From Hormiphora californensis (Eukaryota; Animalia; Ctenophora): DNA of 64,000 nt. The stretch lies in the NCBI GenBank assembly GCA_020137815.1, contig CM035359.1:7936001-8000000 (forward strand). Reading direction: 5' to 3'. The notes below the pieces were generated by a model, which was not told where the DNA came from, searched no databases, and saw only the letters and a program-made list of their open reading frames with translations. Below, in pieces: positions 1 through 12,625 of the stretch; within the stretch, counting starts at the first letter, position 1, and the number at the start of each line of letters is the position of its first letter. The position numbers and the translations under genes were made by a program.

Positions 1-65
1 GAGAGGAGAGAGAGAGGAGCGGGACAGACAGAGAGGGAGAGAGAGAGAGAGAGAGAGAGAGGAGT

Positions 66-119
<54 letters not shown>
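1..119. repeat. (GA)n microsatellite, left flank of the R4-like element
   Basis: Imperfect GA dinucleotide run read directly from the sequence. Confidence 0.97.
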
Positions 120-122
<3 letters not shown>

Positions 123-3100
123 GACCCGAGTGGAGGAAAGGTGGTCAAAGACAACCTACCCTTCCAAGACTGATGACCAGCTTAGATCCCAACTGAGATC
201 TATAACTCAGTCGGGACTCCTTTCACCACAGAAGCTGATGGAAATCAGAACAGCGGCCGTAGCCGACCGTGAAGCAACTGAATCGGCACGACAGGCTGTG
301 GTAGAGGACAACCCACCCCCAGAAACTATTGAACCCCCCACAAACCCAGTGGAAGAGGAAGAGGAAGAGGAAGGGCCATCACCGAACCCTGAAATCGTGG
401 AGCAGTTCAAGAAACTACTCGAGGAACCAAGCTCCATCAAAGTCACCGACTTGAGGCATGTCCCCTGGGGGAAGCTACGAGTGGCAATTGACCGACTCAG
501 CCCGGTAATCAAGTCCTTTGAAACTCCAGACCTTACCACACTGAACACGCTACTGATGGCCGTAGCCCATGTGGTCCGAGAACAGATGGGCGTGAAGGCA
601 CCAAGCGAACCCACCAACATCACCCCCAGAAGGAATAAACAACCTATGTGGCTGCGACGACTCGAAGAGAGTGTCGCCAAGCTTCGCTCAGACCTCTCCA
701 GGCTGACCGAAATGAGCAGAGGTGCCACCCACAAGTTCCAAACTATAGATATTATCTATAGAAGATACCCGCTGCTGCCCAAGAAGGGCTATAAACAAGT
801 TATAGAAGAAGTGAAGCAGAGACTGCTAGCGAAGGCCGGAAAGATTAAGAGATACAAAAAGAAGCAGCAGACATTCGTTGACAACAACCTGTTCCAGAAC
901 AACCAACGAAACTTTTACCGGAAACTGGAGAAACGTGGATCGGACCCCACGCCACTCGATTGTACTCCAGAAGACCAGAACAGGACGCTTAACTTCTGGA
1001 AAAATATCTGGGAAAACGAGGCTGGTCATAACACTGAAGCAGAATGGTTTGACGGAGTCCAGGAGAACTTTGAAACAGTCAGCCAACAGGAAGAGTTTCA
1101 GATCACCACGGAAAGAGTTGCAGCCCGGGTGAAAGGAATGACCAACTGGTCAACCCCAGGTATAGATGGTCTCCACGCCTTCTGGATTAAACACACGACT
1201 TGCCTCCATGGTCGGATAGCTGAGCTACTCAATGACAGTCTCATTACGAGTCAAGTCCCGGCATGGATGACTGAAGGCAGGACCTTCCTCCTGATTAAAG
1301 ACCCCAAGAAGGGTATGTCAAACCCGGGGAACTTTAGACCCATAACCTGCCTTCCGAACCTCTGGAAGCTGTATACAGGAATATTATCAGAGGACATCTA
1401 CCAGCACCTCGATGTAAACGGGCTCTTTCCGGAAGAGCAGAAGGGGTGCCGCAAAAAGAGTCGAGGATGTAAAGAACAACTAGCAATTGACAAACTTATC
1501 CTACGTCATTGCAAACGCTCAAAGTCTTCCTTGTATATGGCTTTCATAGACTACCAGAAGGCATACGACTCGATCCCCCACTCCTGGATCCTTAAGTCAA
1601 TGGAGATGTGCGGGATAAACCCTCAGATAATCCGACTATTCGAGTCATCATTCCAGCAGTGTATTGTCAACATCGTCCAATCTGGGTCAGACTTAGGTAA
1701 AATACACATCAAGAGAGGCCTCTTCCAAGGAGACTCCGTCTCCCCTATTCACTTTATTATAGGCCTGATCCCCCTGTCCATGCTCCTAGCTGCCCAAGGA
1801 AGAGGCTACACCATATCTAACCCAGTAGCTCCAGATCCAGATATTAGTATCAACCACCGCCTATACATGGACGATCTTAAGCTGTATGCCAGCTCGAAAG
1901 AGGACCTTCAGCAGCTCTTAGCAGTCACTGAGAAGTTTAGCACTGACATCAACATGTCCTTTGGTCTATCCAAGTGCGGATAGCCTCATCACAGCAATCA
2001 ACACATGGGCAATACCTGTGATCCGTTACGGTGCCGGAATACTGGACTGGTCCACTTCCGAAGCCAGTGGACTAGACATGATGACTAGGAAGATCCTGAG
2101 AAGAGGAGTCATCAAGAGCAACAGTGACATTGACCGGCTGTATGTTAGCACGAAACTGGGAGGAAGGGGTCTCCAACGGATTGAAGATGTCATTGTGAAG
2201 GAAGAGACAGGACTCGTGACATTCTTCACCAATTCCACGGACCCCAAGATCCGTGCCCTCCACACGGCGATGCAGTCTGAAGATATGCTAACTGGGCCCC
2301 CAGAAGACGCAGAAGCCCTGAAGGAAAGACTACAGACGGAACTTATAGAGAAATGGAAACACAAAGTCTTACATGGAAGATTCCTGAAGCAACTTGAAGA
2401 AGGGGGATGCGACCCTGACGCGACCTGGGCCTGGCTCAACAAAGAGAGCCTCAGCAGATACACCGAAGCCGATATCTTTGCTGCCCAGGATCAAGCCATT
2501 CGCACGAACTGGTTGAGAGCTGCCATACAGAAAGAGAATGAAGTGACTGAGAAGTGCCGGATCTGTAACCAACACAACGAGTCGGTGGAACACATCCTAA
2601 ACGGATGCACAAAACTTGCCAACGGAGACTATAAACTCCGACACGATCGAGTAGCTGCTGCCCTGCACTGGGGAATATGCAAGATTGCAAGGACCACGGA
2701 TTTCCTACCGAATCAAAGTGGTGGAGCCACTATGCAGAGAAAGTGCTCGAGAATGAGAACTGCAAGATCCTCTGGGATTTCCACATTCAGACGGATAACC
2801 CCATCGAGGCATGTAAACCTGACTTGGTCCTTCTAGACAAACTAAAGAAGGAAGCGCTTCTGATCGATGTCGCTGTACCAAAGGACAGGTCAGTGTCGGA
2901 CAGGGAGATGGAGAAGATCGAGAAGTACCAAGAACTACGGAGGGAGCTCACACGAATTTGGGATCTTAAAAAGGCCACGGTCATCCCTATCGTGATCGGA
3001 GCTCTTGGCGGAGTCAGCCCCCGACTGGAGAAGTACCTGACTGCTATAACCCGCCAAGTTTACCCCTCACAGCTCCAAAAGTCGGTACTCTTCAACTCGA

Positions 3101-3534
3101 TGTACACGCTCCGGAAAGTTCTCGACATGTAATCAGCCTCCTGTAACCCCACTAGATGTATTATATTTGTATTAGTTTTCTACCGTTTCACCCGTTCCTG
3201 CTTGCTATTAGACTGCCTTAGATTCCGTTCCAGACGTTTTGTTCCCGATAAGTTGTCTCTTCTTAGGCTCCGTTCCAGATGGTTGGGCTTCTTTCCAGAT
3301 AGTTTAGGAGGTCTTATGCTCCGTCTCCATGAGCTTTAATTCCCCTTTAAATATTTTCCCCTTACTTTAACCCATATGTACATTGTTCAACTTACCCCTA
3401 TGTACATTGTTCTACCTACCTTTACTCCGCAGGCCCTCTGGGCCCTCAGATCCAACAGGATCCGGGCTCGGGGGATTTAACCCTGTTCCCACATGGGACC
3501 TTACGGCCCCATGTGGGAGTGGTGCGTGTAGTGG

Positions 3535-3537
<3 letters not shown>
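120..3537 (+). mobile_element. R4/Dong-like non-LTR retrotransposon (RT + restriction-like endonuclease), 5'-truncated, inserted in (GA)n
   Basis: RT motifs (PGIDG, NFRPITCLP, EQKG, IDYQKAYDS, GLFQGD, YMDD), CCHC knuckle CRICNQHNESVEHILNGC, RHD motif and PD..D-type RLE (KPDLVLLD...IDVAVP...EKIEKYQEL); about 400 nt of 3' UTR, then (GA)n resumes. Confidence 0.9.
130..3132 (+). pseudogene. Disrupted RT-RLE polyprotein in three frames (130-1983, ~1984-2690, ~2677-3132)
   Basis: Stop and frame change after FGLSKC jumps straight to AINTWAIPVIRY, so the YKYLG-containing RT segment is missing; a second frameshift lies near 2685. Confidence 0.88.
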
Positions 3538-3591
<54 letters not shown>

Positions 3592-3592
3592 C

Positions 3593-3663
<71 letters not shown>

Positions 3664-3681
3664 CAGAGAGAGGGACAGAGA
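3538..3681. repeat. (GA)n microsatellite, right flank of the R4-like element
   Basis: GA run with a few GACA interruptions. Confidence 0.97.
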
Positions 3682-4438
3682 GAAAAATAGAGATTAAGAT
3701 CAACGGAGGTACAGCCAACGGGGTTCGACTAACGTACGTTCAGACGTCTAACATGCAGGGTCCAACCAACAGGCTTTCTTGTCCCTAAGATCTGTTACTT
3801 GACACTCCGTATCTTAATTTTCAATGATGTACCTAAATTATAGCCAGTACCTAATGTTAAATGGCATTCCTCCTTGTTCCCCCTTACTCAACAAATTCCT
3901 CCACGTTTGAAGGGCCCAGTTACAACTGAAAAGATGCGTGTGACGACTGACGAGTTTCGGGGTCAGACATTGTGGTAGTACCACTGGTAATGAAAGTTAT
4001 CCGCACAAATGCCAGCATCTGCAAACTGAGCTGTCTGGCGGCGCCAGACAGCTCTAACAGATCCTGACAGTGCGCTCAGATGGGGTCACGGCGCCAGACA
4101 GATAATAAATTGGCGCCAAAAAGTGGCGCTAACAACTAGCGCTCAAGGGTTAGTTAGCCGAAATTTTAAAGTTGGCGCTAATAATTGGCGCCAATTTTCC
4201 ATCCTATGACCCTAAATATTCAACAAATTGGCGCCAACAGTTGGCGCCAACTTTCGTCCCTTACCTACTTCACGCATATTCTTTCTCACCCTCTCTAGCT
4301 TCTCGCATCTTTCTCGCTTTTTTGTAAGGGGGAATTGGGCCCCGGGGTACTTGACAGTGCAGTGATATTTCGCGACGCTGTTTTTCTACAGCTATCAAAA
4401 TTAACTATCTACCAGTCACCAGTGTTTTGTCTTCCCAG

Positions 4439-4643
4439 GATTCACTGACAGGCTCACAGAGGGGTACTGGAGGTGGTCTGATCACAGTCCTGTCACCTAT
4501 ACGAACTGGGGAACTTCAGAGGACGGCAACCTTCACCCTGCCAATGAAGAGGACCAGCGACATACACTGGTAGATGAAATTTACTTGACAGGAATCCCAG
4601 GACGTTTTTTCTCCACTCGTCCCGCTACCTCAGACCAATTCCT
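4439..4643 (+). CDS. Probable host exon encoding part of a C-type lectin domain
   Basis: Pyrimidine tract + AG acceptor (ttttgtcttcccag), then (G)FTDRLTEGYWRWSDHSPVTYTNW, the typical CTLD pattern GxxD...EGxWxWxDxSxxxYxNW. The 3' end is uncertain: weak GT at 4570, or read-through to the TE end at 4644. Confidence 0.7.
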
Positions 4644-4800
4644 GGCAATTTGCGATTTGCGGGCGTAGCACTATAGACGCAGTACCCACGCACAATAAAC
4701 GCACTTTTTTATCAGTACTTAGTAGACGCATATTAGGCAGCGGATTACGGGGGCCCGAATAGATCGCCCGTATAGATCGCCCGTATAGACTGCCCGTACT
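4644..4800 (+). mobile_element. Left end of a GGCAATTT/(TATAGACGCA)-repeat TIR element (same family as 14353-17133)
   Basis: ggcaatttgcgatttgcggg...gcactatagacgcagtacccacg is nearly identical to the sequence starting at 14353. Confidence 0.75.
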
Positions 4801-4928
4801 TTTCATCTGCGCATTACGTTTCACCACACTTTCACCACAACGAGACACATGCCCGTGACGCGCATGTACCTTATTTTGAATAATGAGTTCAGATCAAGAA
4901 TTAAATAGGGAAGAAAATCGAAAAATAC

Positions 4929-5005
4929 TGGGTTTGACCGGGAATTGAACCAGGGACCTCCAGAGAGACATGCTCGGAGCTATAAACCACTAAGCTATCA
5001 AACCC
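4929..5005 (-). tRNA. tRNA-like sequence (pseudo-tRNA or tRNA-derived SINE/TE module)
   Basis: Minus strand shows acceptor stem gggtttga/tcaaaccc, A box TAGCTTAGTGG, B box GGTTCAATTCC and a T6 run just downstream; the anticodon arm is mispaired and lacks U33. Confidence 0.7.
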
Positions 5006-5176
5006 TATGTACTGATCGCATTTCATCGCTCTATATTCAAGCTCCTGCCCTTAACTAGACACCATGTGATAAAGGGAAGTAATTTTGATATCTCCTTCTG
5101 ACCTTCTGGTGATCAACACACACACACGCCCTCTGTACAACAGTTTAATGGGGAATCTCACACATACACGGGCAGA

Positions 5177-5196
5177 ACCCTAACCCTAACCCTAAC
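5177..5196. repeat. Short interstitial (CCCTAA)n telomere-like array
   Basis: aaccctaaccctaaccctaacc; a second short array lies at about 9773-9800. Confidence 0.85.
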
Positions 5197-7731
5197 CATT
5201 GAAACTGCTTATGGGCGTGAAAATTAGATCGAAAAAGGGTCAAAAATTCATCACCCCGATTTACCGGATAAAATGGCTTCCCCCGGAGATCCCGGTAAAT
5301 CGGGGTCCGACTGTAATGATTTGCCTAAATAGTAAAATTACTGTGATAATCTCAGGAAGATTGGTCGATGGCATGTGGGAGCGATGGATGGCAGTGGAGG
5401 GATGTTGGATCAAATGATTCTAAACTCTTATACAACCCCTTAACTCGGCAGGTACTATATAAGAGGTTACAGAATCAATTTATGTAGTATGTAACTAGTA
5501 GGCCCGTTCGCCCTACGGGCGAATTTCGGGGAAATGGTAGCTAGATTAGGGAACGCTGACATCACATGCACCATCCGTTCCTAGCCTCTCTCACTTTCTC
5601 CCTACCCATGTTGTTGTACGCTCTGGGCTTCCTGACAATGTCAAGGTGCGAATTTAAGAGATCAATGTCATGGAGGTGCAGTGCTGTTCCAGAAACTCAT
5701 CACGTAAAAACTTCGCCGCTATGTAGCCGATTCGGAGATTTCTAAATTCGACTGGAGTAATCACCCTTGGGCGACGTTGGGTAAAGCTATCCGTAGTCGT
5801 TGTCCGTTGATTGGCTCGCTTGAACACGTTGGCGTAATCTGTCATATTCTTTAGCCTGCTCCCTGACAGCAGCAGATCTTCTGGACCTATATAACCGTTG
5901 CTGAATAGCGCTTGGGGTGGAAGAGCTAGACATCAGGACAGAAGTAAAATAATGCACGTGCAGAATTGAATTGGCCCTTGGTACCCAAAAGGCAAAACTG
6001 CAACTGGGAGTGAGGTTTCTAAGTTGCTCTAATAATTGCACGTGCAGGTGTAGTTGCTAGGTGATGTAGCACTGACAATTTGAATAGTAAGTAGTATGAT
6101 GTAGTATTTAGACTTGGGTAAACCGGGGCAAAATGGTTAATTTTTTACTTAATCGGTTCTCAACCCCGTTTAAAAAATATAAAATGAAAAAAATTATATA
6201 GGATTAAAGTTCATTATTTTATCTTTCAAATAAGATAAATTTCAACTCTTGGGACCATCATTTACTTAATTAAATACCTAATTTAAAATTTTGGTAGGCA
6301 AAATTGGTACCGGGGCAATTCGAACAATCGCCCGTAGCGCCAAAACTAAGCATTTTAGAGTACATATATGTTTGTTCATAAGTCATATATAAACCTGGCC
6401 ATTGCAGAGCAGATTCTATAAGGAAAAATCAATTGGGTCACCCAATTAGCCACAATCAGCATATCAGCATATGGTCTCAAATGCTTAGTTTTGGAGTTAT
6501 AGGCGAATTAGTGAATTATGACGTTTTTTGGGCCTATTTTGCGAGCGGGATGGGGCAAATCATGGCGCGTTCCAAGTGATGAACCTTCCATCCAGTTAGA
6601 TTTTTGGCAATTATGGACCTTCATTATTGCACATACATCCAATTAGAGTTTTCCCTAAGGCGAGTGGTATTCTCGATCGCTCTAGGTCAGTTTTCGCTAA
6701 GGATCTCGGCCAGTAGGCTCTGCCCGTCATTAACGCTGAAATAGGGAACAACGTGTTTCTGAATGTGCTTTTCAATATGAATCCAACGAAACCGGAATTA
6801 GCTTTCTATCTTTTCGGGAAGTATCGCCCCATGATACCACCACTCGATCTTATCATTTATTATTTTGGGGTGGTTTAGTTTTGGGTAGCATGTTTTGTTC
6901 AAACAAATGGCAGTCTAGCTTGGCAAGTTTGTCCAGCAGTATAATAGTTTTCCATGTGGATTATTTGCTTTTTCAATTTGCTAGATATTGCAAAGGTAGT
7001 ATGAGGCAAAAATTTGGGCAGAGATTCCCAAGGGAAAACCCCCTATTTTTGTTTCTAGAGAGGGTAACCTCCGTCCGACCAATATGGCATGTTGGATTGG
7101 AGGGTTGTTTTAAAGGCTACAGCTGCCGGGTCAACAGGCATACGTAATAGGCAGAGGCCCTCGCCCCTCGGGTTGCCATAATTGAGGAAGGCTAGTTCAA
7201 ATCCCAGTTCTAACTCAAGCATACCCAACGGAAGAAAAATCTTTTTGTTTTAAATTCATGATTTTGTGTGTATTATAAACTATAGCGGGTCAAAATGTAT
7301 CTTATTATATACCCCGCCCGCTATAAAAAGCAATGATGCTTTTGCCGCTAAAGTTTATAATCGATAAATCCTCGCTTATAATATATAAAGTAAAGTATAG
7401 ACCCCTCCCCTCTAACTGGCTCTTACAGGTTGATAGTAGTTTTGGAAGCTGCACGCTGAAGAACTTAAGAATAGGATCTGCTAATGAAATCCCCTCATGT
7501 AAGTAAGCACATAAGATATCCAGGTTATATCGATTTTTTTACCTAGGTGATTTCATTCTACACAAACTTTTATAGATTATACAATGCATATAGATTATAC
7601 AAGGTGGGCTTTGTTTTGGGCGCGCGAATAACAGTCTAACTTGGCAAGGTGGGCCACGGATTGTTGGTCATGGTTGGCGAGGTGATGCGTTTTTTGTCAA
7701 AAATTCATTTTTCATTCCTCCATTCATTCCT

Positions 7732-8750
7732 TCAAGAAAGCAGCACGGTTGGAAGATGAAAGATGGGCGGATCGTTTGGCATCGGATTTGGAGGATGCTG
7801 TGGTACATGGGCTGTAGAGGGAGCTTTGGCAGCACATGAAAGATCTTTCAGGTGTGAGGAAACGTGGCGGTACAGCTGTTCGCGATAGGAATGGTGAACT
7901 CATCGCTGATCCTGTTCAACAGCGGGACCGCTGGGCGGAGCACTTCTCTGAGCTGTTAAACCCCCCTGTAAGGGGAAACTCTAACTGAATGGCATCCCAT
8001 TAATGGGATCCCATCAACAGTAAAACTCTAACTGATAATGGACCACAGTGATGGTTCTTTCTCTGTATTCTCTCTGTATGCAGTACATTAATGTACTGCC
8101 TACGGAGAGAATACAGAGAAAGAATTGGGCATGCCCGGGCGCGGGTGTGCACACAGAGAGAATACAGAGAAAGAACCATCACTGTGGTCCATTATCAGTT
8201 AGAGTTTTACTGTTGATGGGATCCCATTAATGGGATGCCATTCAGTTAGAGTTTCCCCTAACTACATCACAGCTCTCGGATCTGGATGGTCTGGATGTGG
8301 ACCCGTGTTTTGAGGACCTTATTGAGGATGATCCTCCACCTTCTCGTGGAGAAGTGTTGACAGCACTGAAAAAACCATAAGAGTCCTGGCGTCGATGGGA
8401 TCAGGAACGAACAACTACGGTATGGCTCGTCCGGTCTCGTTGGCCCCCTTGTGGATCTGTTTGGGGGAGTCTGGAGGGAGGAGAAGATCCCGGAGGAGTG
8501 GTTGAAAGGTGTCATTTCAGTGATCCCTAAGAAGGGTGACTCCAGTGTCTGTTCTAACAACAGGGGCATCACTCTGAGATCTACAACTTCTAAGTTGCTT
8601 CAGATTATTATGCTTGATAGGCTGTCATGATCATCTGGTCTTGAATTGGCACTTCAGGAAAACCAGTGTGGATTCAGACGGAACCGCTCTTGTGTGGACC
8701 AAAATTATTCCCTCCGCACCATCATCCACCAGTGTATTGCTTATAATCTA
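7732..8750 (+). pseudogene. RTE-like LINE ORF2 fragment, split by a MITE
   Basis: Manual translation: KKAARLEDERWADRLASDLE...RDRWAEHFSELLNPP / KSPGVDGIRNEQLRYG...IPEEWLKGVISVIPKKGDSSVCSNNRGITL...ENQCGFRRNRSCVDQ, with stops and frameshifts. Confidence 0.85.
7972..8258. mobile_element. PIF/Harbinger-like (Tourist-type) MITE
   Basis: Near-perfect palindrome, GGGGAAACTCT termini, TAA duplicated on both sides. Partial copy at about 9864-10040; diverged copy at 29621-29873. Confidence 0.85.
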
Positions 8751-10619
8751 GGCTAAACCGGGGCAAAATGGTTAACTTTTTACTTAATCGGTTCTCACCC
8801 CCATTTAAAAAAAGATACAATGAAAAAAAATCATATAGACTGAAAGTTCATTATTTTATCTTTCAATTAAGATCAATTTCAACTCTATATAGGGACCATC
8901 ATAACTAAAATTTTGGTCAGTAAAATTGGTACCGGGGCAATTCGGACCACACCAATAGGAGTGCTTTATTTCGTCACGTGGGAATATTTCAATTTTAATT
9001 CCTGAGTGAAGCCGCAAGGCGAAAGCTAGAAACGACGACTTTTTCTACCCGTGTTCAACACCCTTCTTTACGGCGGCGCCCCCTTCCTCCCCTAGTATCA
9101 CACTAGAACGGAAGATCCACGTTCACCCAGTGAAGGCCATCGGCCTTCACCCGGGCGGTGAAAAATATCGACAGAAACCAGGGCTTTACTTTCCAATTCA
9201 TTTTCAGACGAAGGATAAAAAGACAGATAAGAGGAAACGGAAGTTTATAAAGTAAAAAATTACTTACGCTTGCATTATACTAGTTTTCCTTGCATTTTCT
9301 GTGCACATTTAATCACGAAATGTGAGCGAGAAGTTGTGTTTAATTGTTTACCTACACGCTGGATTATACGGAAACATAATAAGTTGGTACGGGATATATT
9401 ACGGGGCCCCGTAATCCGCTGCCTTAAGACCCAATTATTCTCAATTAGGACACTTTTCCGATCTCAGACGGATTGGAAAAGTTGCTTACGTGATTCAGTG
9501 TATCAAAATTAGTCGATATTATTATTTTGATGGTAGGCTCTAGTGCTAACGGACTCTTTATCTAAATTCAAGGCAGACTCTATATCTAAAAGCGGACTCT
9601 TTATCTACAGTTATACTTTGAAAAAAGTTTAGATATAAAGTCCGCCCTTTGTAGACTTTTTAGATAAAGAGTTCCGCCCTGTGTAGACTTTTTAGACATA
9701 AAGTCCCCTGGTATATTTTGGTGCCAAATCCCCCAACCCGGACTCTATGTCTAAAATCCTAAACCAACCCAAAACCTAACCCTAACCCTAACCCTAACCC
9801 AAATAATAGCCCTAACACTTCTAAATTTGTATAGAGGTACAGCAAACTCTCTTTTCCGGCCTTAGGGGAAACTCTAACTGAATGGCATCCCATTAATGGG
9901 ATCCCATCAACAGTAAAACTCTAATTGATAATGATTAATGGACCACAGTGATGGTTCTTTCTCTGTATTCTCTCTGTAGGCAGTACATCTATGTACTGCC
10001 TACAGAGAGAATACAGAGAAAGAACTATAGGGCATGCCCTTTATCTAAATCTAAATTTAGATATAGAGTCCACTGTAGACTTAGATTGTAGCACTAGAGT
10101 CAGCCTATCGTGACTTGGTAAAAATCTTGCCCACATTATATGGGCATATTCAAGCATGGGCAGTCTGTGCGTGCCCCAAATAGAATTCCGTACATAGAAT
10201 CCCAGCAGAGTAAAATCAGGTAGGCAGTAAATTTTACCAGATCTGTGAGAATACCGTACGTTTTTTTACCATGCCCAGCCATTTCTAGACCAATTTTCAA
10301 AACCTTGGGCTCATTGGAAAGAAGATATTGAGTTCAATCAAATGAGCCCAAGAAACTTAGAAATGGCGCTAAATGTGCGCCGTTGTGGCGAAAACGCGCA
10401 TTTTGCGCCATGACGAAGCGCATTTTGATCCGATTTTAATGTTTAATTATCTCTATTTATCTCTCTCAATCAATCATCCGATTCTCGCATGCTCTCTCGG
10501 GAACTGCCATTGCTATATTGAATCGCCCCTAACAAGCCCAAGGCCCTGTTTCGCCGTGTGTGGTGCGGTGAAACAGGGTCGAGCTGCGAGAACAAGGCAA
10601 TTTTTTTGTAGATTGTGTA

Positions 10620-11539
10620 GGGTAAACTGGGGCAAACCCTGTTCAAAAACCGCATATTATACAGCAGGAAGAAAAAATGTATATGGCACAGTCCACGTCT
10701 GAGTGAGATAATCTCACTCAGACATCACAGAATTTCTCCTAAGTGTACAATCTTTTTTACAAAAATAGAGTTGCTACATAAACTAGAGCATCTCTAGTTT
10801 ATGTAGCAACTCTAATTTTTGTAAAAAGATTGTACACTTGGGAGAAATTCTGTGATGTCTGAGTGAGATTATCTCACTCAGACGTGGACTGTGACATATA
10901 GGCTATCCAATGAAACGTTTTCCTTTCAGTCGAGCTAAATTTTAAAATCTGCAAGTTTTATTTAATGGGTTAATTAATCGATTCAAAACATTTGGTGAGG
11001 CTTTTTTTGGAAAATTTGCACCGGGGCAAAGTGGACCCAGCCTTGAGCCTATAGCATTGCTTGATTTTATCACGTGGCTGGTGTTGTTAGAGCATTGATC
11101 AAATTAGGGGCAAAGTGGCCCATGTTATTTTATCAATTTTTGTTCTGGACCACTTTGCCCCAGTGCATTCCAATATCACGTGGTGTCACGTGGTATATCA
11201 GACTCCATTGGTCCTAGAGATGGACCACTTTGCTCCAGGGTGAACCATTTTGCCACAGAGAATGAACCATATTTGCCACAGTGTGACAAATTTGACAATT
11301 TAATCAATAAATTTTTTATACCAAGTCTTAGAAGTATAAAAAACCTAACTGGCAGTTTTTACAAAATTAAAATCGGCCAACCCGAACAGAAATTACAGCA
11401 GTTTTAAAGCAAAAATTCGGAACAGAACGAGCAGGTCTCCGCTGGAGAAAAAAGCCACGTGACACACGTTATTCTAAGGACCGATTTGCCCCATACATGG
11501 GCCACTTTGCCCCATGGACCAAAGTACCCCAGTTTACCC
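10620..11539. mobile_element. TA-flanked MITE with GGGTAAACTGGGG TIRs and a nested palindrome (~10680-10900)
   Basis: ta|gggtaaactgggg...ccccagtttaccc|ta; related ends at about 6116, 8751, 61867 and 62805-62877. Confidence 0.75.
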
Positions 11540-11959
11540 TAGCTATTACACAATGTGTAACTTACTATATTTTTCGTAAAGCACAGGAGTGCATCCATTT
11601 CTTTAGATCTGAGAATTCTCAGTGTCAAGGACGTCACGGGAGTTCACCGCTTAAAAAATAGTTTTGAGTTAAATTTTATTCTTTTAAATTGCCAAGCTAG
11701 ACTACCTTTCGCAAGTCCCACATGTAAAGGGAGGGTTAGAACATAACAACTTTTAAATATATAGTACATAACGTTCTGCACGCAGTGCAAGCGCGCCATA
11801 TACGATCTACACTGCAGAGCGTATATGGAGGTGAAATGCACGACAGCGCAGCTGGAGTGCATTTCACACCTATATTGCACGAGTGCAATGTAGGAGCGCT
11901 TGCAAATACCGTGCAGGACGTTATTGAGTATATATTCCGCGAGAAAGCACATAACAAGC

Positions 11960-12625
11960 AAACATTGGTGACATAGACACCGTGCGCGACCAAGATTGAG
12001 CTCACACACAGGTGTCTGCTCCGCCTCAAAAAGGGTCGTATCTTTCAAGGGATGTTGCACGCGATCCACTGGACCGATTTGCATCCGGTTTCTCGCAAAA
12101 GACTACAAATGATCCTAATATACTGGAAAATACCCGAGAAGTTTGTCTGTCAACAGGAAGTGGGTCAAAATTGACACTGAAGTCAAATCTATATTCTGGC
12201 TTCCGAGAGTTTCTGCACTACGCCCATGCGATTTAGAAGATATTGGGAGATATGTTGATGCAATTAGCATCAGCTATTAATGCCGGGTATTTTCCAGTAC
12301 TCACAAGAGTTCAACCTATCTTCTGATACCCTCAGATTCATTCTAAACCGTCTGGGAGTGGTGCAAAAAGGCTCAGAAGCCAGATTACAGATTTGACTTC
12401 AGTGTCAATTGTGACCCACTTCCTGTTGACAGACAAACTTCTCGGGTATTTTCCAGTATATTAGGATCAATTTGTAGTCTTTTGCGACAAACCGGATGCA
12501 AATCGGTCCAGTGGATCGCGTGCAATTTGGCTTGAAAGACATGACCCTTTTTTAGGGGGCGGAGCGGACACCTATGTGCGAGCTCGATCTCGCACGCACT
12601 AGGTGTCAATGTCACCAAAAGCAAA
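11960..12625. mobile_element. Diverged palindromic MITE-like element
   Basis: About 11990-12200 is the reverse complement of about 12375-12600; termini not resolved. Confidence 0.65.

Noticed and set aside
9001-9028. Hammerhead-like string ctgagtgaa-gcc-gcaa-ggc-gaaa
   Set aside because: The core does not fit CUGANGA directly followed by stem II, and stems I and III were not found; more likely a TE terminal hairpin.
5177-9800. Telomere or chromosome-fusion site from CCCTAA arrays
   Set aside because: Only 3-4 units each, embedded in or beside TE fragments.
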